64,000 bases of DNA from IMG/VR virus record IMGVR_UViG_3300028127_000003; one strand, 5' to 3'. Below, piece after piece: positions 24,613 through 34,881 of this stretch. The notes below the pieces were generated by a model, which searched no databases, was not told the origin of the DNA, and saw only the letters and a list, made by a program, of their open reading frames with translations. Source of the stretch: a virus. Position numbers and translations under genes: made by a program. Each line of letters opens with the position of its first letter. Position 1 is the stretch's first letter.

Positions 24613-27600
24613 TTAATATGCAGATTGCTTGATCTTGATTCCTGAAGCCACTAATGTATCTTCTAAATCTTGAATCGCTTCTATGATATCTGCATTGCTT
24701 CCGGCCTTTGGAGTCATTGCTTCTACCTTTTTGGTATTTCCAGTAACTACTTCTTTAAATTTATCAATAGCTCCAGAAACTGCATCTCCAAATCCGCCAG
24801 TAGATTTACCTTGCTTAGCAACTGCTCTATCTAGATCTGCAACAGCATCCGATAATTGTGCTACTGCGTTTAATAATTGATCAGCAAGAACTTTCATTGC
24901 ATTTTCACCATTATTTTTAGCAAGATCTGCAAGTGCGTTAAACATCTTTGTAGTTGCTTCAACTTTAGTTACGTCTAAGGAATTGTTAGCTTTAGCATAT
25001 TGTCCATAAGCTTTAGAAAGACCTTTCATATTTTCGCTAGCAAGAGTACCGGTATAACTTCCCAACCTGTTTACGAATTCTCCAAATGGAGCTATTCCAG
25101 CAATAAATGCCTCACTCATACCCGCTACATTAGTGTATGCCTTTGATACCATTTGTATTGCATTTCCAGTAACTACTAATTTTTCAGCATTTCTAACTAA
25201 ATATTTTAATAATTGAGATGGTGTCATTTCTACATCTCCTCCTAGAAAGGATGTTATACCATCTAATATTGCTCCTCCAACTCCTGCTAGCTTAGAAAAT
25301 AATCCAGATGCTGCAGAACCAGCAAGTGCCATAGAAAGACCTATCCATGCAAGTGCTATTTGGCCTATACCAGCTGCAAGTCCTCCCATGTTTTCTATTC
25401 CTATCTCATCTTTAAATCTTTTAAATAAATCTACCATTGCATTAAATGGCATAAATAAAACATCGGTTATTGTTTGAGCAGCTTCTTTAAGACCGTCAAT
25501 TTTACCAATTTGTGTAAATATCCATGCAACAGCATACAATACAGCTGCACCTACTAATACGGTAAGAGCACCTAATAATATCCCTACAGGAGTTACTACT
25601 GTCGCAATTGCACCAAGGGCTAAAATTACACCACCTAATATAAATAGAGCTATTCCTACACCAACTGACCATGGAAGTGGTGGCGCTTCTCCGTAAGATA
25701 TGTCTCCAGCGAGACTAAATGCAAATGCAACCAATAATATAGTTAGTGCTGCAAGAGCAACTACTAACATTGCTTTAGCTGCTGCTTTAAAATCCATATT
25801 CTTAGCAAGCTTTCCAATTATTATCATCGCTCCACCAAATATCATTAATGCGATTGATGATTTTAAAGCCCACATCAAATCAGGTGCCATCTCCGCAGAA
25901 GTAGCTGGCATCATTTGAAATACATAAGCTGCTCCGACAATAGCTAATGCTACTATAGGAACCATAAGTGCCGCTAGTAATATATCTTTAATACCTAATT
26001 TTCCTCTTTTAGATGAACCTCCAAAACCAAACATTCCTGCACCTGGACCTTTAGACTTACCTGCTAATGCGCTAAACACCTTTGCCATTGCAAATCCGTA
26101 TATAAATATTGCAATACCTGTAATAAATACAAACGATAAGAATCCATCTTCTATTTTAGGAATAGATGGCATTAATTTAAATGCCATAACTGCTGCTGCC
26201 ATTGATAATACTATAATTGGTAATATTACCATGGATGCTATTAAATCTTGCTTTGATAATGCTCCTGGTTTTTCTGAACTAGATCCCATTCCTGGTATAA
26301 GTCCAGTTTTTTGTGATTTTTGCTTACCCTTCATCATTTTAATTGTCATCCCTATTACAAGACCTCCTATTAATAATAATCCTCCTAATGTAAACATTAA
26401 TTTCATTACACCTATCATGTCAATTTGCCTAGCGGCTTGTGCACCCGCTGCTATCATTGGCGCTCCAAATTTGAAGGCAACTGCAGTAAGGGCTAATACT
26501 CCGAGAATAACAACGGCTTGTAGACCAAATATTGCAATTCCTTTTAAATTCATTTTCTGATTTCTCTTTCTAGAATTATCTTGTTTAAGTAGAGAATTAC
26601 CTCCACTTGCAGATTTATTAACTCTACCTTCTTTTGCAAAATTAATAATTGCAGTGATAACTCCTATTACAGCTATTAAAGGTGCAAGTGCCATTGTAAT
26701 ACTTACTAATCTAGAAATTTCCTGTTCCGATATTCCTACCTTACCAACTAGCCTCGCTGCCATCGCAACAGGAACTAGAGCTAATCCTAGCATTGCAACC
26801 GCTAAACCTGCTTTAGCAATAGTGCCTACCTTTATCTTTTCAATAGCTGGAAGTGCAAATCTCATTGCAACTAGGGCAACTGCAAGAGGTATCATTGCTG
26901 CTGATATTATTACAAAATTAAATGCATCATCCATTTTAACAGATGGCATTAAATTCATTGCAGCTGCTAAAACAACCATTTGAATAGTCATAAGGAACAT
27001 GGCCCTCATAATATCATCGGTGTTATTCTTATTAAGCATAAAATTCATAATACCTGAAAATTCCCATGCCTTAATTAATTGAACGAAAGTTTGACCCATT
27101 ATATAGATAACTGCACCGATTGCCAGAGCGGCCACTAATTTATCACCACTTACAGGTGCCATTGAGTTTAATGCCAATGACATAGCAACTAACATTAACA
27201 TAGACATACCCATTGTTAAAACTAGTTTTTTCATTACCTTGATTTGACCAAAAACTCCACCACTACTAGGATCTGCCATTATAGCTCCTAGGATTTTTGC
27301 AATAGGGAACATTGCTGCGAATAAAGCAACACCCGAAACTATAGCCGTAGGACTTACCTTACCTGCTTCTTGAAATGCCATCGCTAGACCGAACATTCCT
27401 ATTCCTGTAAGTGCGATAAACCCTCCTAGTCCTAGAAGTTTACTTATTCCTCCACCACCTCCAAATTGAGCCTTTTCAGCCTCGCTTTTTCTGGAAATGA
27501 TTTCCTTTATTTCTTTAAGTATTTTGTTGTTTTCAGTAAGACTTGCGGCAATACCCTGTGTAACAGAGAAACTCGTAACCATGATACTCTCTATTCTAAA

Positions 27601-27705
27601 TAAAGTATCTCTGGTTTGATTCTCTATAGCCTCTATTTTCTGCAGAAGCGAGTTGGAACTCATTGCGAATCCCATTAACGCCTTTTCGGAGTTGGTGTTT
27701 GCCAT
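24613..27705 (-). CDS. Probable tail tape measure protein (1030 aa)
   Basis: Long Ala/Gly-rich hydrophobic helical protein downstream of tube and gp26/gp51-like genes; coiled-coil termini. Confidence 0.65.
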   Translation of the reverse strand: MANTNSEKALMGFAMSSNSLLQKIEAIENQTRDTLFRIESIMVTSFSVTQGIAASLTENNKILKEIKEIISRKSEAEKAQFGGGGGISKLLGLGGFIALTGIGMFGLAMAFQEAGKVSPTAIVSGVALFAAMFPIAKILGAIMADPSSGGVFGQIKVMKKLVLTMGMSMLMLVAMSLALNSMAPVSGDKLVAALAIGAVIYIMGQTFVQLIKAWEFSGIMNFMLNKNNTDDIMRAMFLMTIQMVVLAAAMNLMPSVKMDDAFNFVIISAAMIPLAVALVAMRFALPAIEKIKVGTIAKAGLAVAMLGLALVPVAMAARLVGKVGISEQEISRLVSITMALAPLIAVIGVITAIINFAKEGRVNKSASGGNSLLKQDNSRKRNQKMNLKGIAIFGLQAVVILGVLALTAVAFKFGAPMIAAGAQAARQIDMIGVMKLMFTLGGLLLIGGLVIGMTIKMMKGKQKSQKTGLIPGMGSSSEKPGALSKQDLIASMVILPIIVLSMAAAVMAFKLMPSIPKIEDGFLSFVFITGIAIFIYGFAMAKVFSALAGKSKGPGAGMFGFGGSSKRGKLGIKDILLAALMVPIVALAIVGAAYVFQMMPATSAEMAPDLMWALKSSIALMIFGGAMIIIGKLAKNMDFKAAAKAMLVVALAALTILLVAFAFSLAGDISYGEAPPLPWSVGVGIALFILGGVILALGAIATVVTPVGILLGALTVLVGAAVLYAVAWIFTQIGKIDGLKEAAQTITDVLFMPFNAMVDLFKRFKDEIGIENMGGLAAGIGQIALAWIGLSMALAGSAASGLFSKLAGVGGAILDGITSFLGGDVEMTPSQLLKYLVRNAEKLVVTGNAIQMVSKAYTNVAGMSEAFIAGIAPFGEFVNRLGSYTGTLASENMKGLSKAYGQYAKANNSLDVTKVEATTKMFNALADLAKNNGENAMKVLADQLLNAVAQLSDAVADLDRAVAKQGKSTGGFGDAVSGAIDKFKEVVTGNTKKVEAMTPKAGSNADIIEAIQDLEDTLVASGIKIKQSAY

Positions 27706-27722
27706 TTAGGTATTGCGGGCTT

Positions 27723-28169
27723 TTATTTTAATTTAGAAGCTTCTTTCTTTGCATCTCTTAATGCCTTTCTTAAAACTTCAGGATCAACATCTTTAAGTTC
27801 CTGTTCTAGTTCCTTATGTGTCTTTTTATCCTTTTCAAAATCTTTAATAATTTCATCATGGTTACTCATTTCACCTCGAAGATCATCTATTCTTGCTTCA
27901 ATATGATCTACTTCAGACTGTGCTTCTGCAGAATCATGATCTAGACCTTGTCTTTCATATTTCTTTGCCTTAGCTTTAGCCTTAGATAACATCTTCGTAA
28001 GATCTTTAAGATCTGCATTAGATATTTTTCTCGATCTATATGCTTTCATGATTTCAGGTCCAAACGCTATACCTATTCCTGCTATAGCAAATGTTAAGGT
28101 GATAGGATCTATAATTTCAGTAATTAAAGATTCGTTTACGAAATTATTATATGATTTTACTTTTTTCAT
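27723..28169 (-). CDS. Putative internal head protein (capsid-targeting-like N-terminus)
   Basis: MKKVKSYNNFVNESLITE; late motif at 28195. Confidence 0.55.
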   Translation of the reverse strand: MKKVKSYNNFVNESLITEIIDPITLTFAIAGIGIAFGPEIMKAYRSRKISNADLKDLTKMLSKAKAKAKKYERQGLDHDSAEAQSEVDHIEARIDDLRGEMSNHDEIIKDFEKDKKTHKELEQELKDVDPEVLRKALRDAKKEASKLK

Positions 28170-28207
28170 CGCAATATATGTTATTTTCTTTTAGTATATA
28201 TCTAAAT

Positions 28208-28238
28208 AAAAGGAGGTCCAATCTAGGACCTCCTTTTT
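28208..28238. terminator. Intrinsic terminator
   Basis: AAAAGGAGGTCC/GGACCTCCTTTT. Confidence 0.8.
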
Positions 28239-28241
28239 CTA

Positions 28242-28490
28242 TTACATTTTAGGCATGTTGAAACTTGGCATTTTGAAAGAAGGCATTTTCATACTTCCCA
28301 TCATCTCGTTAGTTTGATCATTTTGCCCTTTGTTCGCTTCGTTTTCAGCTTTAATCATTTCAATTAACTCCTTGACAATATAATGGAATTCATAATATTC
28401 CATGTTTTCAAGTTCAGAGGGTTGTATTGAAAGATGCTTATAAAGGTAGAACTTAGTTTTAAAGAAGTTCTCCAGCGATATCCTGAACAA
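28242..28490 (-). CDS. gp51: T4 gp51-like baseplate hub assembly protein (start uncertain: TTG or frameshift)
   Basis: SLENFFKTKF.L..H.......LENM..YE...Y...L pattern; no ATG near the homologous start. Confidence 0.6.
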   Translation of the reverse strand: MFRISLENFFKTKFYLYKHLSIQPSELENMEYYEFHYIVKELIEMIKAENEANKGQNDQTNEMMGSMKMPSFKMPSFNMPKM

Positions 28491-29430
28491 GGAAAATAGA
28501 TTTGATTCCGTCACGAAACCCAATCGGAACGAGGACCTCGTCATCCTCATGCGTTACCAACATCTCAGGTTGAATTCCGACTTTCATTTTTTCAGCGAGT
28601 TTATATACTAAAGCATATTTTCTATTGTTCCATCCGTTTAATTCTACTTCAAAATTAAAGATTGATTTATCATCAAAGCCTCTCCAATCTGTATATAGAT
28701 ATGGAATTAATTGAATTAAAGACTGATCAGCCTGTAATCCCTTTTCTTGCTTTTCTTTAATATACTTAGTAACCTTTTGCATTAGACCAATTGTAGGAGG
28801 TCTCATTTCAATGTTACCAAATGATTTTGTCTCAATAATAAAGGTTCTTTTATCTTGATCGTAATATTTATCTAATTCTTCTGGAATAGAAAAGTATTGA
28901 AAATATTTCTTATCAATTGATGCATCGTGAGAAACACCTCTCTTATCTTGATACTTAACAGTTAATGCATTTTCAGGCTCAGGGAAAGTTAAATCTCTGA
29001 TTGCTAAAATTAACCAAAATCTATCTTCTTCTAAAATATCCTTATATGAAAGTCTTTTTTTCTTAGAAGTTATTCTAAGACATGACTCTACTATAGCATT
29101 TAATTTTTCATCTACATCTAGAATGTTGGTTTCGTCCATGGTAGAGAAATGTCTAATCTCTGCAACCTTTGCAGATCTAATAGAAATTTCAGTATCTGGA
29201 GTATAGAACATTCCACCTGACGGTAGTGAATCTATTTTAACTGAATGATATCCTAAATGAAAATCAGCTTCCTTTGCTTCAGCTGGTTGAAATCTAGACA
29301 TATCAACTTTACCTAAATTCTTAGGCTCTTCTGATTCTACTGAAGATTCGTTCTCATTAGCTTCAACAATAGCTTTGTATTGATCGTCTAAATTGATTTC
29401 TTCTTCTTTTTTGTTTTTGTCTTTGCTCAT
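28459..29430 (-). CDS. gp26: T4 gp26-like baseplate hub subunit / tail assembly chaperone
   Basis: LPS.G.FY, I.MRPPT.G; position between tube and tape measure genes. Confidence 0.6.
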   Translation of the reverse strand: MSKDKNKKEEEINLDDQYKAIVEANENESSVESEEPKNLGKVDMSRFQPAEAKEADFHLGYHSVKIDSLPSGGMFYTPDTEISIRSAKVAEIRHFSTMDETNILDVDEKLNAIVESCLRITSKKKRLSYKDILEEDRFWLILAIRDLTFPEPENALTVKYQDKRGVSHDASIDKKYFQYFSIPEELDKYYDQDKRTFIIETKSFGNIEMRPPTIGLMQKVTKYIKEKQEKGLQADQSLIQLIPYLYTDWRGFDDKSIFNFEVELNGWNNRKYALVYKLAEKMKVGIQPEMLVTHEDDEVLVPIGFRDGIKSIFLVQDIAGELL

Positions 29431-29436
29431 GTTTTA

Positions 29437-29655
29437 TTATTTAGATTTGAGTTGTTTAATTCTATTTCGATCCCAACTCTTTTGAAGATCGCTTTTTTTA
29501 TCTATTTCTTGTCTTATTAAGTCTCTGATAAACGCCGAAACTGAAACCGGTCTCTCTCCATTTTCAATCGCCTCGTTTAGTATAATCCTGTTTATGATAA
29601 ACACTTCTTCTTCAGAGAGTAATACCTGTAATTTCTTCGTTAGTTTACTGGACAT
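29437..29655 (-). CDS. Small putative ribbon-helix-helix DNA-binding protein
   Basis: KKLQVLLS...VSVSAFIRDLIRQEI. Confidence 0.45.
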   Translation of the reverse strand: MSSKLTKKLQVLLSEEEVFIINRIILNEAIENGERPVSVSAFIRDLIRQEIDKKSDLQKSWDRNRIKQLKSK

Positions 29656-29689
29656 ATTATTATATCATTATATTATATTTTAGTTTCAT

Positions 29690-29726
29690 AAAAATAGGAC
29701 GAACTAATTAAAGCCGTCCTACTTTT
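29690..29726 (-). terminator. Intrinsic terminator after the tail tube gene
   Basis: TAGGACG/CGTCCTA stem with A/T runs. Confidence 0.6.
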
Positions 29727-29732
29727 AATAAA

Positions 29733-30287
29733 TTAAGCTAATACTTCTTTAAAGGTATCACATCTCCATGATACGTCTAAAGCAGCAGCTTCTGGAGATT
29801 CATAACTTAAGTCGTTAGTGAATGGAAGTCCAGAAGAAATCCAGCAATCTTCTAATGTTACAGTTCTGAAAATATCTCCAGCTCTGTTAAATTGAACGAT
29901 TACTATTGTTCCAGTATAGTCTTTCTTTAAGCCCATTTCTCCAGTTTGTGGATTGTAAGCTAAGTTATACCATTGTCTCATTGTTTTATATAAATAAGCT
30001 TGGTTAGCGTCGTTTAAGTTCAAAGAGAAATTGATAGCCACTGTAAGTGAAGTATCATCTGGCATACCAGCATAAGATCTTTTTGAGAACTTGTATTTCT
30101 GTTCGACGGTACCTGCATCTTTGTATAATTCCAACCCGCCAATAGTGTTAACGTGTTGTAGTAATAGTGGAGCATCAGAAACGCCAGCTGGAGGTAAAAT
30201 AGTTACCTCAAATAAGTTTCCTTGTACTGGTTCGAATTGTCTACCCGCCTTACTAGTTTGATCTTGTGAATAGTGTGGTAAAGCCAT
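29733..30287 (-). CDS. gp19: Tail tube protein (gp19-like)
   Basis: FEV.I..P, Y...R.W.....NPQTG.M....DY...I.I.Q.NRAG......L...W; next to the sheath gene. Confidence 0.85.
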   Translation of the reverse strand: MALPHYSQDQTSKAGRQFEPVQGNLFEVTILPPAGVSDAPLLLQHVNTIGGLELYKDAGTVEQKYKFSKRSYAGMPDDTSLTVAINFSLNLNDANQAYLYKTMRQWYNLAYNPQTGEMGLKKDYTGTIVIVQFNRAGDIFRTVTLEDCWISSGLPFTNDLSYESPEAAALDVSWRCDTFKEVLA

Positions 30288-30323
30288 AAGTCTTTATTGT
30301 TTTATTTTTTATTATATATCTTC

Positions 30324-32990
30324 TTAACTAAAGTTTCCGGTTGAAATTTCACCAGTATTTAAAATTGTTGTTCTATGCACAACTATTTCTAAACCTTTAA
30401 CTGGCTCAACAAATGTATCTATGATACCTATGTTGTTGTCAATTACCTCACCTGTGTTATTTGATTGATCCATTACGTTTTTGAAATCGTATACACCACC
30501 ATCTTGTCTAACTGATTCCATTAATGAATCTGCTAGAGTTTTGATTTCTAATCTAGTTTGTGCATTGTTAAATTCGAATACGTAATCTTTAAGGATATCT
30601 GCCATTGCATCTTGAATGTAAATTAACACTTCTCTAACGTGAGCTGAAGATAGTGATGATTTAATAGACTGCTGTGCAGTTTTATTTCCTAAGATAGTTA
30701 AACCAACTCCTCTTTGGAATACAATTGGATTATAACCAAATGGCTCTAAAATGTCTCTGTCTGCTTTGTCAAAAGAGTATTCAGCACCTACAACATTAGG
30801 GCCAGCAACAACTCCTCTTCTAGGACCAGCAACAATTGACCATGGTAAAGCATCTGTGTATTTATCAATATAGTTATTAGATACATACGCAGCTGGTGGA
30901 ACCATGATGTCTTTTCCATTTTCTCTTACAATAAGACCAGGACCGTAGTAGAATGCGTAATTTGCACCATCTGCGATACTTGGTAATGTGTATAAGGATG
31001 TTGGATTTAAATCTAAGTTACCTCCTTCTGGAATGTATGAAGTTTGGAATGACTGGCTAAATGCATTGATAAATGAAGGATCCGTAGATGCTTTAAAATC
31101 TTTTACCATTGGTGCATTTAATATAGCTGATGCATTTTGTCTTTCTTTTGCTAATTGAGATAATTGGATTTTATCTCTTAATTGATTATCAAAAGAACCA
31201 AATGTATCAACAATATATCTAAATTCGATTGCATCTTTATCTACTAAACCAGTTGCTAATCCTGTTCCTACTTTAATAGCTTCTAAACATGAGAAAATAG
31301 TTTCTGCTTCAATTTGAGCACCATTTAATACAAATGGAGTATATGACTCAGCTGCATCTTCTAAAGATTCAACATAAACTGAAGGAGCTACTAAAGGAGC
31401 TGCTTCTGATAATTTAACAGTCCATATAGTTACTAAATCTGTTTTTTCAACTGATACTTGTTTAACTAAAGCTAATCTTTCACCTACTCTAATATAGTTT
31501 CCTTTTGTAATTTCTGGCTTTGGATGATTAGGATCGTTAAAAGTAAATTTTGCATCTTCTCCTTCCGCGGCATATACATCAGCGTTAGGTAATGCTATTG
31601 ATCTCATTTCAACATCGTAAGATAATACTACTTGATCTGATCCGTCTTCGTCAAATGTGTGACCAACTAAATCAATTGGAGTATCTCCAGATTCATCAGT
31701 TACTAAATCTTCAGCAATTGCACAGAATAAACCTGTTCTTCTTGCTTCAGCGTTAATCATTGTTTCGATATATACGTTTCTTCCTTCTAAGTCTTTAAAA
31801 CCTGGAAGCATTGAACCAGAATAAGAACCTATCATTTCAACTTGTCTTAAATTTGCAAATTGTTCTATTAGCTCTTTTCTTAAACCTTTACTGTCGAAGT
31901 AAAATCCATAAACTGGATCGGTGTCCATTGCTGCAGCATCAAATTGACCTTTGAATACAAATACATCAATCATATAATCTGACATTAAATCTTTGTCATT
32001 TAAATATGCTGGAACATTTCCTTCTCCATACCATTCTCTTGCAGTAACATCAAATCCAGCCGTATCTTGCGCTTTTCTTGTGAAAACTGTGATTGGTGTT
32101 TGTTTAATATTAACAAAGTTTAAAACTTGGTTAGCATCTTCACCTAATGTTTGTAATAATTTCTCATCAGAAGGAATCATAAATTTATCAGTGTCAAAGA
32201 AACTTGAATAAGTATAGTCTCCAGTCTGATGACCTAGTGAAGGATAAGTATAAAACGTATCAGCTTCAACTTGTGCTAGAGTATACTGATCGGGAGCAAT
32301 AGTCGCTGCACTGTCATAAATATCAAAACTTGTTGAACCACCACCGTGAGCTGTATTGATAGCAGCTAAAGCTGTAATTACAGTATCTGTACCATCAAAC
32401 GCAGCTGTTGCTGCAATATGAGGTTCATTACCTGCATCTGAAAGTAAATAGAAAGTACCTGCTAGGCTAGATGTTAAATCTACACCTGCTAGTGTTAAAG
32501 TTAAACCGTCTACTGAAAGTGTAGCTGCTGCAGCGTCTGTAATAGCAGTTGCAACTGGAACAGATCCTGTATCTGGAATAGGATCACCTACTTCAAATGC
32601 TACATCCGTTGGAAGCGGCGCTGAATATCTATTCGATACTGGATCAGATTCATATGATCCGTTTGTTGAAATTTGTGCAGCTGAAGCTAAATCATTTACT
32701 CCAAATTGAGCAAGGTTAAGAGCTAGGATAGGTCCTCTTGAAAGAGCAGCTTTAGCTGATCTGTGGAAGAACATTCCTTTTTTCTCTAACGATTTGTCAA
32801 TGTTTCCATATACTTGAATGAATGCTTCAACGTTTTCGATTAATACTGGTGTATTATAAGGTCCCTTTCTTGAGTGACCAACAACCAGCCTAAGAGTAGA
32901 AACGTCAATATTAGCAGTTTGAGATTTATCAAATTCCAATCTGTAAACGCCTGAACTCTTGAATTGTAATAATTGAGGACTTAGTGCCAT
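30324..32990 (-). CDS. gp18: Tail sheath protein (gp18-like), 888 aa
   Basis: N-terminal SSGVY..E.D.S...KGP.N.PV; C-terminal PW...AG..RG, R..L......NPI, FEFN...TR, ID.F..P.K..E.I. Confidence 0.92.
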   Translation of the reverse strand: MALSPQLLQFKSSGVYRLEFDKSQTANIDVSTLRLVVGHSRKGPYNTPVLIENVEAFIQVYGNIDKSLEKKGMFFHRSAKAALSRGPILALNLAQFGVNDLASAAQISTNGSYESDPVSNRYSAPLPTDVAFEVGDPIPDTGSVPVATAITDAAAATLSVDGLTLTLAGVDLTSSLAGTFYLLSDAGNEPHIAATAAFDGTDTVITALAAINTAHGGGSTSFDIYDSAATIAPDQYTLAQVEADTFYTYPSLGHQTGDYTYSSFFDTDKFMIPSDEKLLQTLGEDANQVLNFVNIKQTPITVFTRKAQDTAGFDVTAREWYGEGNVPAYLNDKDLMSDYMIDVFVFKGQFDAAAMDTDPVYGFYFDSKGLRKELIEQFANLRQVEMIGSYSGSMLPGFKDLEGRNVYIETMINAEARRTGLFCAIAEDLVTDESGDTPIDLVGHTFDEDGSDQVVLSYDVEMRSIALPNADVYAAEGEDAKFTFNDPNHPKPEITKGNYIRVGERLALVKQVSVEKTDLVTIWTVKLSEAAPLVAPSVYVESLEDAAESYTPFVLNGAQIEAETIFSCLEAIKVGTGLATGLVDKDAIEFRYIVDTFGSFDNQLRDKIQLSQLAKERQNASAILNAPMVKDFKASTDPSFINAFSQSFQTSYIPEGGNLDLNPTSLYTLPSIADGANYAFYYGPGLIVRENGKDIMVPPAAYVSNNYIDKYTDALPWSIVAGPRRGVVAGPNVVGAEYSFDKADRDILEPFGYNPIVFQRGVGLTILGNKTAQQSIKSSLSSAHVREVLIYIQDAMADILKDYVFEFNNAQTRLEIKTLADSLMESVRQDGGVYDFKNVMDQSNNTGEVIDNNIGIIDTFVEPVKGLEIVVHRTTILNTGEISTGNFS

Positions 32991-33052
32991 AGTTATTTAA
33001 TTTTATTTTTTTATTTGTTAATCTATATATCCGTGTAAATCTGGAGTTTAGT

Positions 33053-34879
33053 CTATATAAGATCATAAATATCATACTGCATATCTCCGGCTGAATCGTT
33101 TTGTTGATATAGAGTAGTTTCCATTAATTTATACTTTTCAGGATCTATAAAATCTAGCAATTCTTCGATGTAATCTGCATAATCTGTAGTGTTAAAAAAT
33201 TCAGTGGCAGTGATTCCTGTCATAATGATATCATCATTACCCATTTGAGCACCATAGCTTCCATTTTTAAGACTACCGAAAAGACTTGCTTCATTTACAG
33301 TTTCTGTGTCATTTATTTTTATTCTATTATTTTCAATTAATTTTTTAAAATTTTGGCAAAACACTGATTTGTTATCTGCTTTTAATTTTATACCTGGTTT
33401 TAAGGCTCTTGAATCATGTCTATGTTTAAACCTTAATACCATCTCGTCTTCAAATTCATTTCTTGAAGGATAAACTGTTTGTAAATATTTCAATAAGATA
33501 GAACCGTATGTATTGAATTCTATAATCATCTTAACATTTTCAGGATTAAATATCTCAACAGCTAATGTATATAGAACCTTTGCAAAATCTTCAATAACAT
33601 GTTCATTAGATCTAAAGACTGCCACTTGATTCAATCTAAAAAAGTCATACATTGCACCGGGTGTCACTGCATCAATAATGTCCTTATCTTCCATTGGTTC
33701 TACTTCGAAAACATTAATTACAGAGTAATCACCTCCGTTGCCTTCTGCGATGTCTACTGAAAACAAATAAAATCTATTAGATTCTTTTGCTCCTTCAGGA
33801 TCGAAGTCTTTATGAAATCCTAAAACTCCCTTTGTATCTATTTGTATATTTTCGAAATCTTCTAAATCATGCCATATAAATTCATGTGAATTCTTTCTCA
33901 TGGTTTTCATAACCATTGGGCTTAATAATAGATTAGAAGAACTTACGAATTCATTTCCATATTGTCTATTAAAGGCTTCTTCAGAACCTAAGTTTCCAAG
34001 TTCTCTTTCATACCATGCATCATCTCTATCCGGATGCTGCCACCAATCAACTCTCGTTGGTGTATATTCATTTTCTCCTTTTTCAGCACCTGCATAAATT
34101 TCATAGAATTTATTAAATCCATTCGGTGTTGAAGTAATATTAATTCTAGATACCTTAGAAGCTGATAATGTAGGATATACATTTTCATAGAATGAATCAA
34201 CTATAGTTGGATGAATGTGTGCGAACTCATCAAGATATAAGTTATGAATAGTAAAACCAATACCTGATTTTGCGGTAGTTGATTGACCTACTAATCTACA
34301 TCCATTATCTGAACGTACATTCATAACGTCATACTTAATAATACCTGGTTTCATAAAGAAAGGAAGGTTTTCAATAACTACCTTTGCTTTATCTATAATT
34401 TCTTTTGTTGAATCTGATTTATTAGCTAAAAGAAGAGTAGTTTTATCATAGTTAAATGTAACATACCATGCATTAAAAATAGAAGCCGTTACAGTTTTAC
34501 CCATTTGTCTGGCCGCTAATACAATATTAAATCTTTCGTTTTGAAAGTTATGTAATAATTCTTTTTGATATTCTCTAAGTTTCACCTGTTGAATACCTTC
34601 ATCTGTCATTACTACTGCATACTTTTCTGCAAAATAAACAATATCATTTGCGCATTTAGCCAGCTCTGCAATTTCCTCTTCAGTATATTCAAATACAATA
34701 TTACCCTTACGTAAAAACTGCTTACCCTCATAAAAGGGCATAGAAACTTGTGGGCGATATCCTTTATCTAGTGCTACTAAAAGATCATCAACATTCTTAG
34801 TCGACCATACCAGCTTTTGACCAGGATCGCTTTTGTCTCCTTTCGGAATCCACATATTATCTCCTACGTAATCGCTCAT
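33053..34879 (-). CDS. gp17: Terminase large subunit (gp17-like)
   Basis: LREYQ, ARQMGKT Walker A, LYLDEFA Walker B, ITSTPNG.N.FY, VD.AEG.GGDYS, DD..M. Confidence 0.95.
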   Translation of the reverse strand: MSDYVGDNMWIPKGDKSDPGQKLVWSTKNVDDLLVALDKGYRPQVSMPFYEGKQFLRKGNIVFEYTEEEIAELAKCANDIVYFAEKYAVVMTDEGIQQVKLREYQKELLHNFQNERFNIVLAARQMGKTVTASIFNAWYVTFNYDKTTLLLANKSDSTKEIIDKAKVVIENLPFFMKPGIIKYDVMNVRSDNGCRLVGQSTTAKSGIGFTIHNLYLDEFAHIHPTIVDSFYENVYPTLSASKVSRINITSTPNGFNKFYEIYAGAEKGENEYTPTRVDWWQHPDRDDAWYERELGNLGSEEAFNRQYGNEFVSSSNLLLSPMVMKTMRKNSHEFIWHDLEDFENIQIDTKGVLGFHKDFDPEGAKESNRFYLFSVDIAEGNGGDYSVINVFEVEPMEDKDIIDAVTPGAMYDFFRLNQVAVFRSNEHVIEDFAKVLYTLAVEIFNPENVKMIIEFNTYGSILLKYLQTVYPSRNEFEDEMVLRFKHRHDSRALKPGIKLKADNKSVFCQNFKKLIENNRIKINDTETVNEASLFGSLKNGSYGAQMGNDDIIMTGITATEFFNTTDYADYIEELLDFIDPEKYKLMETTLYQQNDSAGDMQYDIYDLI

Positions 34880-34881
34880 TG

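Noticed and set aside
24683-26983. Several plus-strand ORFs within the tape measure gene, and similar ones within capsid, sheath and portal genes
   Set aside because: Antisense open frames expected from codon bias of the real minus-strand genes; no start signals.
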